Below, piece by piece: positions 47,354 to 56,089 of a stretch of 64,000 nt of DNA (positions are counted from its first letter, which is position 1; each line of letters starts with the position of its first letter). The DNA is taken from assembly GCA_002430735.1 (NCBI GenBank), contig DJCV01000017.1, positions 17,238-81,237 of the forward strand, read 5' to 3'. Source of the stretch: Candidatus Woesebacteria bacterium UBA5941. GTDB taxonomy: Bacteria > Patescibacteriota > Microgenomatia > UBA8517. The notes beneath the pieces were generated by a model. It saw only the letters and a list, made by a program, of their open reading frames with translations. It was not told where the DNA came from and did no database searches. The translations under genes and the position numbers were made by a program.

Positions 47354-49717
47354 ATGAAATCCCCACTGCCACTCTCAAATCCAGAAGCTGTAATAGGCTT
47401 TGATTTCGCGACTATTTTTTTGGCACTGTTTCTCTTTGCATTCGTCTTCTTATCCGTTGTAATCGGGATTTGGATCTGGACCCATTTTTATCGATACAGA
47501 GATCGAGAAAAACGCTCGCTTGATTCAGTTCTGTTGCAAGTGGCTGTCTCACGGGGGAATGAAGTCAAAATTGATGCAATGGAACAGCTGTTTGCGTCAC
47601 TGCATGCGATTAAAAAAGGTGGATGGAAACAACGATTTTCTACACAGCCTCAAATCTCATTTGAGATAATTGCAAAGCCAGAAGAAATTCGCTTTTATGT
47701 GTGGACCTATAAAAGCTTGCAGGATCTTGTTGAAAAACAAATACACGGTGCATATCCTGATGCCGAGATCGTTGAAGTTCCTGAACACAATATTTTTACT
47801 CAGGATGGAAAAGTTGCATACAAGTCATTTCAGCTCAAGAAAGATAGTTTCTACCCAATAAAAACGTTTAAAGAATTGCCCACTGATCCACTTGCATCAC
47901 TTACTTCAGCTCTTGCAAAAATGGGACCAGGAGAAGGAGCCGCTATTCAAATTCTAGTGTCTCCACAAGACAACGATTGGAAGTCTGGTGGAAGAGGATT
48001 TATTGCTGAAACAAAAAAACAAGAAAGTAATCCCGAAAAGGCGAAGTATTCAGTCCCAGCCAAAACCTTGGAAGCCGTTGAAAATAAAATATCAAAACCT
48101 GGGTTTGATATCTCAATTCGAGTTGTTGTGGTTTCACCGACAGAAGAAGGTGCAAGTGGGCACTTAAGTAATATTTCTACTGCATTTTCTCAGTTTGATG
48201 GTGAATATAACGGATTTGGAAGCCGAAAAATCCGGCGAAAAACAGCATTTGTGGAGGATTTTGTCTACCGATATCACCCAATGTTTGAAGTATTTGGAAA
48301 TCACAAATCCATTTTAAGTTCAGAAGAACTTGCCACCATTTTCCATTTCCCAAATAAACTCATCACCACTCCGCATATCTTATGGCTCACCGCCAAGTCA
48401 GCACCTGCACCTGCACAAATTCCTACTGAAGGGCTCTATCTTGGCATGAGTAATTATCGAGGGGTGAAGCGACCAGTGTACATGGGGGAGGCCGACCGTC
48501 TACGACACACCTACATTATTGGAAAGACAGGAACAGGTAAGTCAAAGTTTTTGCTTGAGCTTATGAAGCAAGATATCAAAAACGGAAAAGGACTCTGTTT
48601 TATGGATCCTCATGGTGATGCAGTTGAAGAGTTGCTTGAATACATTCCACCCGAACGCGCAGAGGATGTTATTTACTTCAGGCCATCTGATGTGGATCGG
48701 CCCATGGGATTAAATCTTTTGGAAGCAAAAACTGAAGATCAGAAACATTTTGTAACTACTTCTGTCATTAACTTAATGTATAAGCTCTTTGATCCTTACA
48801 AGACCGGTATTGTTGGACCACGATTTGAACATGCGGTGAGAAATGCAATGTTGACGGTTATGAGTGAACCTGGAAACACATTCATTGAAGTCATGAGAAT
48901 TTTGACTGATTCAAATTACGTTAAAGAAATGCTTCCAAAAGTACAAGATCCGATTGTGAGGCGGTATTGGACAGATCAAATTGCACAAACTTCAGATTTT
49001 CATAAATCAGAAACCCTAGACTATATCACGTCAAAATTTGGACGATTTGTGACGAATAAAATGATTCGAAATTTAATCGGTCAATCACAAAGTTCGTTTG
49101 ATTTTAGAAAGATCATGGATGAAGGGAAAATTCTTCTTGTGAACCTCTCAAAAGGGGAATTGGGAGAAGAAAACTCAAGTTTTTTGGGACTTATTTTAGT
49201 TCCTCGAATCTTGATGGCTGCCATGAGTCGTGCGGACATTCCCGAGGAACAACGCCGCGACTTTTTCTTGTACGTTGACGAGTTTCAAAACTTCGCGACT
49301 CCCGACTTCTCACAGATCTTGTCTGAGGCTCGTAAGTATAAACTTTCTCTTACAGTAGCGAACCAGTTCGTGGGACAAATCGATGAAGAAATCAAAAACG
49401 CAATCTTTGGAAACGTAGGAACTATCATGAGTTACCGAGTGGGGGTCAGTGACGCCAATTATTTAGCACGAGAATTTGCACCAGTATTTAATGAGGATGA
49501 TTTATTGAATATTGAACGCTATCACGTCTATATTCGAACCCTGGTGAATAATGAGCCAGTTCCGCCATTTTCAATGGATTTGACTCGTGATTTAAAGCAA
49601 TCAGGGAACACGAAGAGCGCAGAAGTTGCAAAGCTTATTAAGGACATGAGTCGTATTAAGTACGGCCGTGACTTACGCCTCGTTGAGACAGAGATTGCCA
49701 GAAGATCACGCTTGTAG
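47354..49717 (+). CDS. membrane-anchored FtsK/HerA-superfamily P-loop ATPase (DUF87/HerA-like; TraD/VirD4 coupling-protein-like architecture)
   Basis: N-terminal TM; Walker A YIIGKTGTGKSKF; KILLVNLSKGELGEENSSFLGLILVPRI then FLYVDEFQNFA (Walker B), as in HerA/TraG-like ATPases. Confidence 0.65.
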   Translation: MKSPLPLSNPEAVIGFDFATIFLALFLFAFVFLSVVIGIWIWTHFYRYRDREKRSLDSVLLQVAVSRGNEVKIDAMEQLFASLHAIKKGGWKQRFSTQPQISFEIIAKPEEIRFYVWTYKSLQDLVEKQIHGAYPDAEIVEVPEHNIFTQDGKVAYKSFQLKKDSFYPIKTFKELPTDPLASLTSALAKMGPGEGAAIQILVSPQDNDWKSGGRGFIAETKKQESNPEKAKYSVPAKTLEAVENKISKPGFDISIRVVVVSPTEEGASGHLSNISTAFSQFDGEYNGFGSRKIRRKTAFVEDFVYRYHPMFEVFGNHKSILSSEELATIFHFPNKLITTPHILWLTAKSAPAPAQIPTEGLYLGMSNYRGVKRPVYMGEADRLRHTYIIGKTGTGKSKFLLELMKQDIKNGKGLCFMDPHGDAVEELLEYIPPERAEDVIYFRPSDVDRPMGLNLLEAKTEDQKHFVTTSVINLMYKLFDPYKTGIVGPRFEHAVRNAMLTVMSEPGNTFIEVMRILTDSNYVKEMLPKVQDPIVRRYWTDQIAQTSDFHKSETLDYITSKFGRFVTNKMIRNLIGQSQSSFDFRKIMDEGKILLVNLSKGELGEENSSFLGLILVPRILMAAMSRADIPEEQRRDFFLYVDEFQNFATPDFSQILSEARKYKLSLTVANQFVGQIDEEIKNAIFGNVGTIMSYRVGVSDANYLAREFAPVFNEDDLLNIERYHVYIRTLVNNEPVPPFSMDLTRDLKQSGNTKSAEVAKLIKDMSRIKYGRDLRLVETEIARRSRL

Positions 49718-49769
49718 CCTTCATTTGATATACTATAGCCCTCAGTATTCTATCCTAAAAGGAGGGAGT

Positions 49770-50126
49770 ATGTTTGAAGTACCAATCCGCAGTGGGCCTG
49801 AAGGATACCAGTTTACCTTTTTAGTCGGGAACGGTTTTTTGGAGATTCTAAACCAAGATTTTCCCGGAAAACCATGGAGAATCCCGATTACGGAAAAGAT
49901 TCAGCGTGGCGCAAAGGTGAGCGTGTTAAGCACATCCACTTATCCGCTTCGTCTATGGTCAGATGGGGACGATCTGGTAATTTCAATAAAAGGATTGATC
50001 CCTGACGAAGAAATGTCCTGGCGTGTCGACATTGATGCATTCAACGACCATTTGTTTGAGGTCGGGATACCACAGCCTGTTGTCGATATGCGCGGAACCC
50101 GGTGGATAGATGAGGGTGAGGAATAA
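49770..50126 (+). CDS. hypothetical protein
   Basis: GGAGGG RBS then ATG 49770; track start 49668 overlaps the upstream gene. Confidence 0.5.
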   Translation: MFEVPIRSGPEGYQFTFLVGNGFLEILNQDFPGKPWRIPITEKIQRGAKVSVLSTSTYPLRLWSDGDDLVISIKGLIPDEEMSWRVDIDAFNDHLFEVGIPQPVVDMRGTRWIDEGEE

Positions 50127-50146
50127 TATCCTCATCAGTTTCAGTA

Positions 50147-50180
50147 GAGGTTGGCCGATCTGGTCAGCCTCTTTTTATTT
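50147..50180 (+). terminator. rho-independent terminator (GAGGTTGGCC-gatc-GGTCAGCCTC + TTTTTATTT)
   Basis: 10-bp stem with 2 G-U pairs read directly. Confidence 0.55.
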
Positions 50181-50196
50181 CCCTCGGTTCATGCTT

Positions 50197-50205
50197 TGCT
50201 ATAAT
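50197..50205 (+). promoter_or_regulatory. extended -10 TGCTATAAT, 12 nt upstream of the tRNA 5' end
   Basis: Same 9-mer as upstream of pyk. Confidence 0.35.
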
Positions 50206-50217
50206 ACGCATGTAATT

Positions 50218-50289
50218 GGGCCTATCGTTTAACGGTTAGGACACGATTCTTATAAAGTCGGTACGATGGTTCGACTCCATCTAGGCCCA
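50218..50289 (+). tRNA. tRNA-Ile, anticodon UAU (TAT)
   Basis: Manual fold: acceptor GGGCCTA/TAGGCCC, D-arm GTTT/GGAC with GG loop, anticodon stem CGATT/AGTCG, loop CTTATAA, T-arm GATGG-TTCGACT-CCATC, discriminator A. Confidence 0.7.
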
Positions 50290-50310
50290 CACTGGTTTTT
50301 TACTACTTAT

Positions 50311-50523
50311 ATGGAACACTTAAAATTAACGAAAGAACAAAAGATAAAACGATTAACTGAAGAAAATGAACGATTGCAGGCTCGATTAGACGGGTTATAT
50401 AAGACGTTTAGGGGTGTACGACACGAAGATAGTGCGAGCGAAATGAAATACACAACAATTAAGGTGCTTGAAGCTCATATCCATTCAATAAATGAGGAGC
50501 TAAAAAACTTAACGCAGAAATAA
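50311..50523 (+). CDS. small coiled-coil hypothetical protein (70 aa), convergent with the recombinase
   Basis: ATG 50311; track start 50266 lies inside the tRNA and is rejected. Confidence 0.4.
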   Translation: MEHLKLTKEQKIKRLTEENERLQARLDGLYKTFRGVRHEDSASEMKYTTIKVLEAHIHSINEELKNLTQK

Positions 50524-50525
50524 GA

Positions 50526-51398
50526 TTACAACTCTTCTAAGTGTTGTTTACTTCCTGAAGTCTTAATTTGAGCAAGCTCTAAATATCTTTCAGTAGTTGA
50601 AAGTCTCTTGTGACCGGAAACACGAGAAAGGAGCACGAGGTCAACTCCACGTTTTAAGTTTTCAACCATAAAGGTCGTTCGCAAATCATTTACTGAATAT
50701 TGTGGCATTTCAGCTTTTTGCAAATATCGATCGATTGCAGCTCGAATGTTTCGAACAGCAAGTGGTTTACCGTTTTTGCTTACAAATAGGTGAACTGCCT
50801 TCGGAAGTTGTGGTCGGCTTGCCATGTACATTTGAATAGCAGCAATAGCAGCTGTAGTTAATGGAACTTCACGTTGAGGCTGTGTTGCGTATGATTCAAC
50901 GATTAATCGATCCTTTTTAATGCTTTCCAGCTTCAAATTAGCTACCTCTGAAATACGGAGCCCAGCTTGTAAAATAAGTTCAACCATTGCTGAGATTCGA
51001 ACATCGCCTCGAACATAATCTCTGAGTGATCGATATTCCTTTTCAGTTAAAAACTGTGGCATGCTAGACTCAATTTTAGGGTGGCTAACATCTCGTGAAG
51101 GGTCTTTTTCAATAGATTTTTGGTCCTTCATCCATCGGAAAAAGGTTTTAATGGCGTTTAACTTTCGGGAAGTTGATTTAGCCGTGTATTTTTGAGCAAG
51201 CAAAAAATCTCGAAAATTTTCGAGATCTACGCTGCGTACTTCACTCGCCAAAGTCTTATTTCGCTCATATAAAAAGCTCAATAATTGATCAATATCTGAT
51301 CGGTAGGCTAATACGGTCGAAGGAGATCGGCCTTTTTCTGTAAGACTCTGAATGAATTCTGGTACGTAGTCTGCGAGCTGTTTGTTAGTGTCTGTCAT
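50526..51398 (-). CDS. tyrosine recombinase, XerC/XerD-like
   Basis: N-terminal SAM-like domain; catalytic R (GLRISEV), HxxR (GHKRLSTTERYL) with Tyr; 290 aa. Confidence 0.8.
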   Translation of the reverse strand: MTDTNKQLADYVPEFIQSLTEKGRSPSTVLAYRSDIDQLLSFLYERNKTLASEVRSVDLENFRDFLLAQKYTAKSTSRKLNAIKTFFRWMKDQKSIEKDPSRDVSHPKIESSMPQFLTEKEYRSLRDYVRGDVRISAMVELILQAGLRISEVANLKLESIKKDRLIVESYATQPQREVPLTTAAIAAIQMYMASRPQLPKAVHLFVSKNGKPLAVRNIRAAIDRYLQKAEMPQYSVNDLRTTFMVENLKRGVDLVLLSRVSGHKRLSTTERYLELAQIKTSGSKQHLEEL

Positions 51399-51425
51399 AC
51401 GATCAAGTAAGTATAATAAACTACC

Positions 51426-51456
51426 AATGGCCCAATGTCAAATATTATGGGCCAAG
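51426..51456. other. dif-like imperfect palindrome (TGGCCCAAT-gtcaaat-ATTATGGGCCA) in the recombinase/ftsB-like intergenic region
   Basis: 7-bp perfect inverted repeat TGGCCCA/TGGGCCA at 51428-51434 and 51448-51454, ~27-bp site 28 nt from the recombinase start. Confidence 0.3.
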
Positions 51457-51497
51457 AAATATTGTATAGAGTAAATGACTAAGAGATACCAGTCAAT

Positions 51498-51866
51498 ATG
51501 AGGAATAAACAAATCCAGCGTACCGCGTATGTCATATTCCTATTGTTTCTTTGTTATTCGTTGATAGGAAATTTCAGACTCCTGTTAAAGGCGAGGAATA
51601 GCTTGAGCGAAGCACAGGCTATTCTGGAGAAGGAGACAGAGGAGAATCGGAAATTGCATGATAAGCTCGTTGAGGCTGGGAAGTTTACCTATGCTGAACG
51701 TGTCGCGCGAGATACCCTCGGACTCGCGCGCGAGAATGAAGTTGTATTCATTTTACCCCCTGAAGAATCGTTAAAAGAGTTATCTCCACGAAAAGCAGAA
51801 CGCGACAAAAAACCGGTACTTCAGGTCGTTTCCCCGTGGGAAGAGTGGCTAAAATTGTTTCTCTAG
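51498..51866 (+). CDS. septum formation initiator FtsB/DivIC-like protein
   Basis: N-terminal TM, coiled coil, C-terminal ERVARDTLGLARENEVVF motif. Confidence 0.6.
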   Translation: MRNKQIQRTAYVIFLLFLCYSLIGNFRLLLKARNSLSEAQAILEKETEENRKLHDKLVEAGKFTYAERVARDTLGLARENEVVFILPPEESLKELSPRKAERDKKPVLQVVSPWEEWLKLFL

Positions 51867-51938
51867 CCTAGATTTGATAGAATAGGTGGCTCATTAAATA
51901 ACTGTTTGGAGGACCCTATGTGGGGTAAACAGGAAACA

Positions 51939-52007
51939 TGCGGTGTAGTGTACGGTGCACGGAAGGCTCATAATCTTTCAGGCCGGGTTCGACTCCCGGC
52001 GCCGCAA
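51939..52007 (+). tRNA. tRNA with CAU anticodon (Met/fMet/Ile2); atypical: 69 nt, U1:A72, short D-arm
   Basis: T-arm CCGGG-TTCGACT-CCCGG, acceptor TGCGGTG/CGCCGCA, loop CTCATAA; acceptor resembles bacterial initiator (xGCGG../..CCGCAA) but the anticodon stem lacks 3 G-C pairs. Confidence 0.45.
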
Positions 52008-52072
52008 CAAAGAAGACGAAGGCTCCTTTTTTATAGAAGGGGCCTTTGTTATGGTAAAATAGGCGACAAATT

Positions 52073-52145
52073 GTCAAGGTAGCTCAGTCGGTAGAGCACA
52101 GGATTCATAAACCTGCGGTCGAGAGTTCGATCCTCTCCCTTGACA
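52073..52145 (+). tRNA. tRNA-Met (anticodon CAU; could also be Ile2 after lysidine modification)
   Basis: Acceptor GTCAAGG/CCTTGAC, D-arm GCTC-AGTCGGTA-GAGC, anticodon loop TTCATAA, T-arm GAGAG-TTCGATC-CTCTC. Confidence 0.75.
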
Positions 52146-52206
52146 CCCACAAAAAAACCGCCACTATGTGACGGCTTTTCGCTTTAATGGGTAGAGTGTT
52201 CCTCTT

Positions 52207-52710
52207 TTATAATTCCAGATTGCTCCGGGCTTTGGTGTACTTGAACTCAACTACTTTCACGCGGCCCAATGTCACGGCATTTAAAGCGACTGTTATGTTT
52301 GTCAACGTGGCTTTGTCTGGCTGCAAGCCGTGCAATTGCTCCATCGTGTGGTGTCGGATTTCGTGGATTAACACGCTTTCCAAGAACACGCTGATTTGTT
52401 GCACCTGTGCAGTTGTAATGCCCGCGCTCAGTACCAGACTGTACGACAATTCCGCGAGTATTCCATCTGTTGTCCTATCCCAGAGAGAGTCAACCCACCG
52501 TTTGTTCGGCGTACGCACCCGAATAACTTTGTATTCAATGATGCTATACGGCAAGGTTTCAAATGCCAGCCAGGTAATGAGCAAAGCGCAAACTACAATG
52601 GTTGCGGGCTGGACTGCAATTGCTAAGAATACCAAGATGAAAGGCGATAGTATTGCAGCCGCAAAAAGGATGGTAATACCGATAACAATCTGACGAGCTA
52701 CTGCGGTCAT
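52207..52710 (-). CDS. membrane-anchored HExxH-motif protein (putative zinc metallopeptidase)
   Basis: ATG preceded by a GGAGG RBS; two N-terminal TM; SVLIHEIRHHTMEQLH. Confidence 0.5.
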   Translation of the reverse strand: MTAVARQIVIGITILFAAAILSPFILVFLAIAVQPATIVVCALLITWLAFETLPYSIIEYKVIRVRTPNKRWVDSLWDRTTDGILAELSYSLVLSAGITTAQVQQISVFLESVLIHEIRHHTMEQLHGLQPDKATLTNITVALNAVTLGRVKVVEFKYTKARSNLEL

Positions 52711-52815
52711 TTTGACCTCCTCTACTAAAAGCGAATATATAAATATACCCTATATTACGCGATTTGTCAATATGGATGAGTATCAATTTTGCCTCTTTTC
52801 GTGTAGTATTTGCAC

Positions 52816-53847
52816 ATGAAGAAACGTGTTTTGTCAGGAATTCGAGCCTCAGGGAGGCTTCATCTGGGAAATTACCTGGGTGCCGTTAAAGGGATGCTTG
52901 AGCTGCAAAACAATCCTGAGTACGAGACCTTTTACATGGTTGCAGATCTTCATGCGTTAACTACTCCACACGACATTGATGAATTACGAAAAAATAGGCG
53001 TGAAGTTGTAATCGACTACTTAGCCGCAGGGCTTGATCCTGAAAAGTCAGTTATCTTTCAACAAGCAGATAGCCTTCATGCTGAGCTTGCTTTTTATCTC
53101 TCAAGCGTCGTTACTGTTGCCCGATTGCAACATTTACCAACGTATAAGGAAAAGGTCAAACAATATCCAGAGCACTCAACGATGGCGCTTCTTAACTATC
53201 CAGTTCTCATGAGCGCAGATATATTAGCCTACAAAGCTCATGCTGTACCGGTAGGGGATGATCAAATTCCACATTTAGAAGTCGCACGCGAGATTGCACG
53301 GAAAATGAATGAACAATACGGGATGGATTTTCCAGAACCTGAGCAGTTTAAAACAACAGGTCATTACGTTCCTTCTCTCACTGGACAGGGGAAAATGAGC
53401 AAATCTGTTGAAGGAAGCTTTATTACACTCACAGATACTATTGAAACAATTAAAAAGCGCCTTGCAGGTGTTGCGACTGATTCAGGGAAAGGGTATATCG
53501 AAAAAGGTTTATACATTGATCAACAATTTTCCCGACACGAAACGGATGCAGTCTCTTATTCTGATGGTGTATCTGTTCTCATGGATTTCGTAACCCTTTT
53601 TCAGGGAAATCACAGAAAAGAGGAATACGATACGCTCTACACTTCAACGGGTATTCGGTATTCTGATCTGAAGAACGAATTAGCAGATGCAATTTACAAA
53701 GAGTTAGAACCACTGCAGGAAAAAAGAAGAGAACTCGAGGAAAAGATTGAATATGTTGACGAAGTGATTCATGAAGGTGGTAAGAAAGCACGAGCTGTTG
53801 TTGAAGAAACAATTCTTGAAGTGCGGGAAAAGATGGGTCTTAAATAA
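52816..53847 (+). CDS. trpS: tryptophan--tRNA ligase
   Basis: GIRASGRLHLGNYLG (HIGH-type), KMSKS; track start 52810 is TTG, ATG at 52816. Confidence 0.95.
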   Translation: MKKRVLSGIRASGRLHLGNYLGAVKGMLELQNNPEYETFYMVADLHALTTPHDIDELRKNRREVVIDYLAAGLDPEKSVIFQQADSLHAELAFYLSSVVTVARLQHLPTYKEKVKQYPEHSTMALLNYPVLMSADILAYKAHAVPVGDDQIPHLEVAREIARKMNEQYGMDFPEPEQFKTTGHYVPSLTGQGKMSKSVEGSFITLTDTIETIKKRLAGVATDSGKGYIEKGLYIDQQFSRHETDAVSYSDGVSVLMDFVTLFQGNHRKEEYDTLYTSTGIRYSDLKNELADAIYKELEPLQEKRRELEEKIEYVDEVIHEGGKKARAVVEETILEVREKMGLK

Positions 53848-53852
53848 TTACT

Positions 53853-54227
53853 ATGATTTCTATTACTGATGTTGAAAAATTAGATTTGCGCATTGGAACG
53901 GTTGTCGATGCAGTAGTTCCTGAATGGAGCCATTGGGTCATTAAATTGACTGTCGATTTTGGTGAGGAGATTGGGATGAAAACAATTTTCACTGGAATGC
54001 TTGGCTTTTATAAGCCCGAGGAATTTGTCGGACAACAGTTTCCGTTTGTTACAAATTTAGAACCAAAACGTATTGGACCAAAAGGTGAAGATGGTACATA
54101 CAACTTCAGTGAAGGAATGCTTATGGCAGCAAGTGTGAAGCTTCCTGAAAAAGATGGAGAACACGACGAAAAGCCAGTGCTCATGCCGCTTCAAACAAAA
54201 GTTCCTAATGGCACTCGCATTAGGTAA
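53853..54227 (+). CDS. tRNA-binding domain protein (CsaA/Trbp111/EMAP-like)
   Basis: LDLRIGTVVDAV...KLTVDFGEE OB-fold Myf domain. Confidence 0.75.
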   Translation: MISITDVEKLDLRIGTVVDAVVPEWSHWVIKLTVDFGEEIGMKTIFTGMLGFYKPEEFVGQQFPFVTNLEPKRIGPKGEDGTYNFSEGMLMAASVKLPEKDGEHDEKPVLMPLQTKVPNGTRIR

Positions 54228-54248
54228 CTGCTACAATAACCTCGTTTT

Positions 54249-56081
54249 ATGAAAAAGCAGAAAAAAGTTGAATTCAGATTGAAAATCAATTTAGGGCGCG
54301 TGATCCTCGGCGGTTTTATTATCCTCTTCCTCCTTCCATTCGTACTCACATTTTTCCAAGACGATTTTGGATCAACCAAGATCGATGTGTCTCAAGCCCT
54401 CGAAGATATTAAATCTGACAAAGTGAAGAAAGTTCAGATTGCTGATGATCGACTAACGCTTGAGTACAACGATGGGAGTAAGAGAACAACTCTCAAAGAA
54501 AGCAGTATCAGTTTCCCTGAATTATTAGACCGAGCAAATATCGATCCAGAGAATGTTCAGTACGATATTACTGACCAATCAATGAGTAAGCTTGTTTCTG
54601 ATCTCATTGGAATTCTTCTTCCGCTCGTATTTATGGCAGCACTCTTTTTCTTCCTTCTTCGTGCTCAATCAAAAGGTGCTCAAGACATTTTTAGCTTTGG
54701 ACGGAGCAAAGCAAAGCTCTTTGCAAAAGGAAAACAGTCAGTCACATTTGCTGATGTCGCAGGAGTTGATGATGCTAAAAAAGAATTAGAAGAAATTGTG
54801 GATTTTCTAAAAAACCCTGCAAAGTATCGAAAGATTGGTGCACGCACACCAAAGGGAGTACTTCTTGTTGGACCAGCGGGAGTTGGAAAAACCCTCTTAG
54901 CTCGTGCAGTTGCTGGAGAGGCGGGAGTTTCATTTTTCAGTATGGCTGGAAGTGAATTTATGGAAATGCTTGTAGGGGTTGGTGCCTCTCGTGTACGCGA
55001 TTTATTCGCAACAGCGAAATCTCAAGCGCCCGCTATTATCTTTATTGACGAAATCGATGCAATTGGAAGACAACGTGGTCGTGGTGTAATGGGGGGGCAC
55101 GATGAACGTGAGCAAACATTGAATCAGATCTTAGTCGAGATGGATGGATTTAATCCAAATGACAATGTCATCGTGATTGCCGCAACCAATAGAGGAGATC
55201 TTTTGGATCCAGCTCTCTTGCGACCTGGCCGCTTCGATCGTCGGGTAGTACTTGATATGCCAGACAAAGATGGTCGATTGGCAATTCTTAAGATTCATGC
55301 GAATGGCAAGCAATTTGAGAAAGATATTAATTGGGGTCGTGTAGCAGATCGAACTGTCGGGTTCTCAGGAGCTGATCTTGAAAACGTTTTAAACGAAGCG
55401 GCAATCATTGCAGCACGCGACAATGAAAATAATATCAATATGAATGATATTGAAGAGGCAGCAACAAAAGTGAAGCTCGGTCCCGCAAAGCGACGCCTGC
55501 AACGAGAAGAGGATCGAAAGATTACTGCATACCATGAAGCCGGTCACGCGATAGTCACTCATTTCTTGGCAGGAATGGATCCAGTACATAGAATTTCAAT
55601 CGTCGCGCGCGGTATGAGTCTTGGACACACCTTAATTCCACCTGCAGCTGATCGAACACACGAAACCAAATCTCGATTACTTGACCAAATCGCTGCAATG
55701 CTTGGTGGTCGTGCTGCAGAAGAGGTTGTGTACAACGAGATGACAGCAGGGGCAAGTAATGACATCGAACACGCAACCGCTCTTGCGCGTGCAATGGTTA
55801 CCGACTTTGGCATGAGCGAGTTAGGTCCAGTAAACTTTGATCCATCTTCTGATTCAGAAACTCCATGGGCTCAAGCACAAGTCTCACCTGCGATGCAAGA
55901 GAAAATTGATAAAGAAGTGCAAAAAATCATATTAACTGGTCGTGAGAAGGCAATTGAGCTCGTTAAAAAACATCGTAAAGAGCTTGATGCAGTCTCGAAC
56001 GCATTGCTTGAAAAAGAAACACTCGATCGCGATGAATTTGAGGAATTAGTTGACAAAAAACCTAAAGCAAAGACTGAATAA
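54249..56081 (+). CDS. ftsH: ATP-dependent zinc metalloprotease FtsH
   Basis: [25 protein letters not shown] region, HEAGHA zinc site. Confidence 0.95.
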   Translation: MKKQKKVEFRLKINLGRVILGGFIILFLLPFVLTFFQDDFGSTKIDVSQALEDIKSDKVKKVQIADDRLTLEYNDGSKRTTLKESSISFPELLDRANIDPENVQYDITDQSMSKLVSDLIGILLPLVFMAALFFFLLRAQSKGAQDIFSFGRSKAKLFAKGKQSVTFADVAGVDDAKKELEEIVDFLKNPAKYRKIGARTPKGVLLVGPAGVGKTLLARAVAGEAGVSFFSMAGSEFMEMLVGVGASRVRDLFATAKSQAPAIIFIDEIDAIGRQRGRGVMGGHDEREQTLNQILVEMDGFNPNDNVIVIAATNRGDLLDPALLRPGRFDRRVVLDMPDKDGRLAILKIHANGKQFEKDINWGRVADRTVGFSGADLENVLNEAAIIAARDNENNINMNDIEEAATKVKLGPAKRRLQREEDRKITAYHEAGHAIVTHFLAGMDPVHRISIVARGMSLGHTLIPPAADRTHETKSRLLDQIAAMLGGRAAEEVVYNEMTAGASNDIEHATALARAMVTDFGMSELGPVNFDPSSDSETPWAQAQVSPAMQEKIDKEVQKIILTGREKAIELVKKHRKELDAVSNALLEKETLDRDEFEELVDKKPKAKTE

Positions 56082-56089
56082 TACCCTTC

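Noticed and set aside
50266-50310. Track start of ORF 50266..50523 inside the tRNA-Ile gene
   Set aside because: The start codon lies within the tRNA T-arm. The real start, if the ORF is coding, is the ATG at 50311.
50218-51398. tRNA plus integrase as evidence of a prophage
   Set aside because: No capsid, terminase, portal, tail or repressor genes occur anywhere in the window. The recombinase is Xer-sized and sits next to a dif-like site. It is kept only as a weak mobile-element hypothesis.
52187-52693. 168-aa + strand ORF overlapping the HExxH membrane protein gene
   Set aside because: No RBS and an implausible Cys/Ser-rich composition. The opposite-strand frame has a GGAGG RBS, TM helices and an HExxH motif, so this is a shadow ORF.
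52711-52815. T-box leader upstream of trpS
   Set aside because: Only about 100 nt are available, and no specifier/antiterminator structure was seen. T-box leaders need roughly 250-300 nt.
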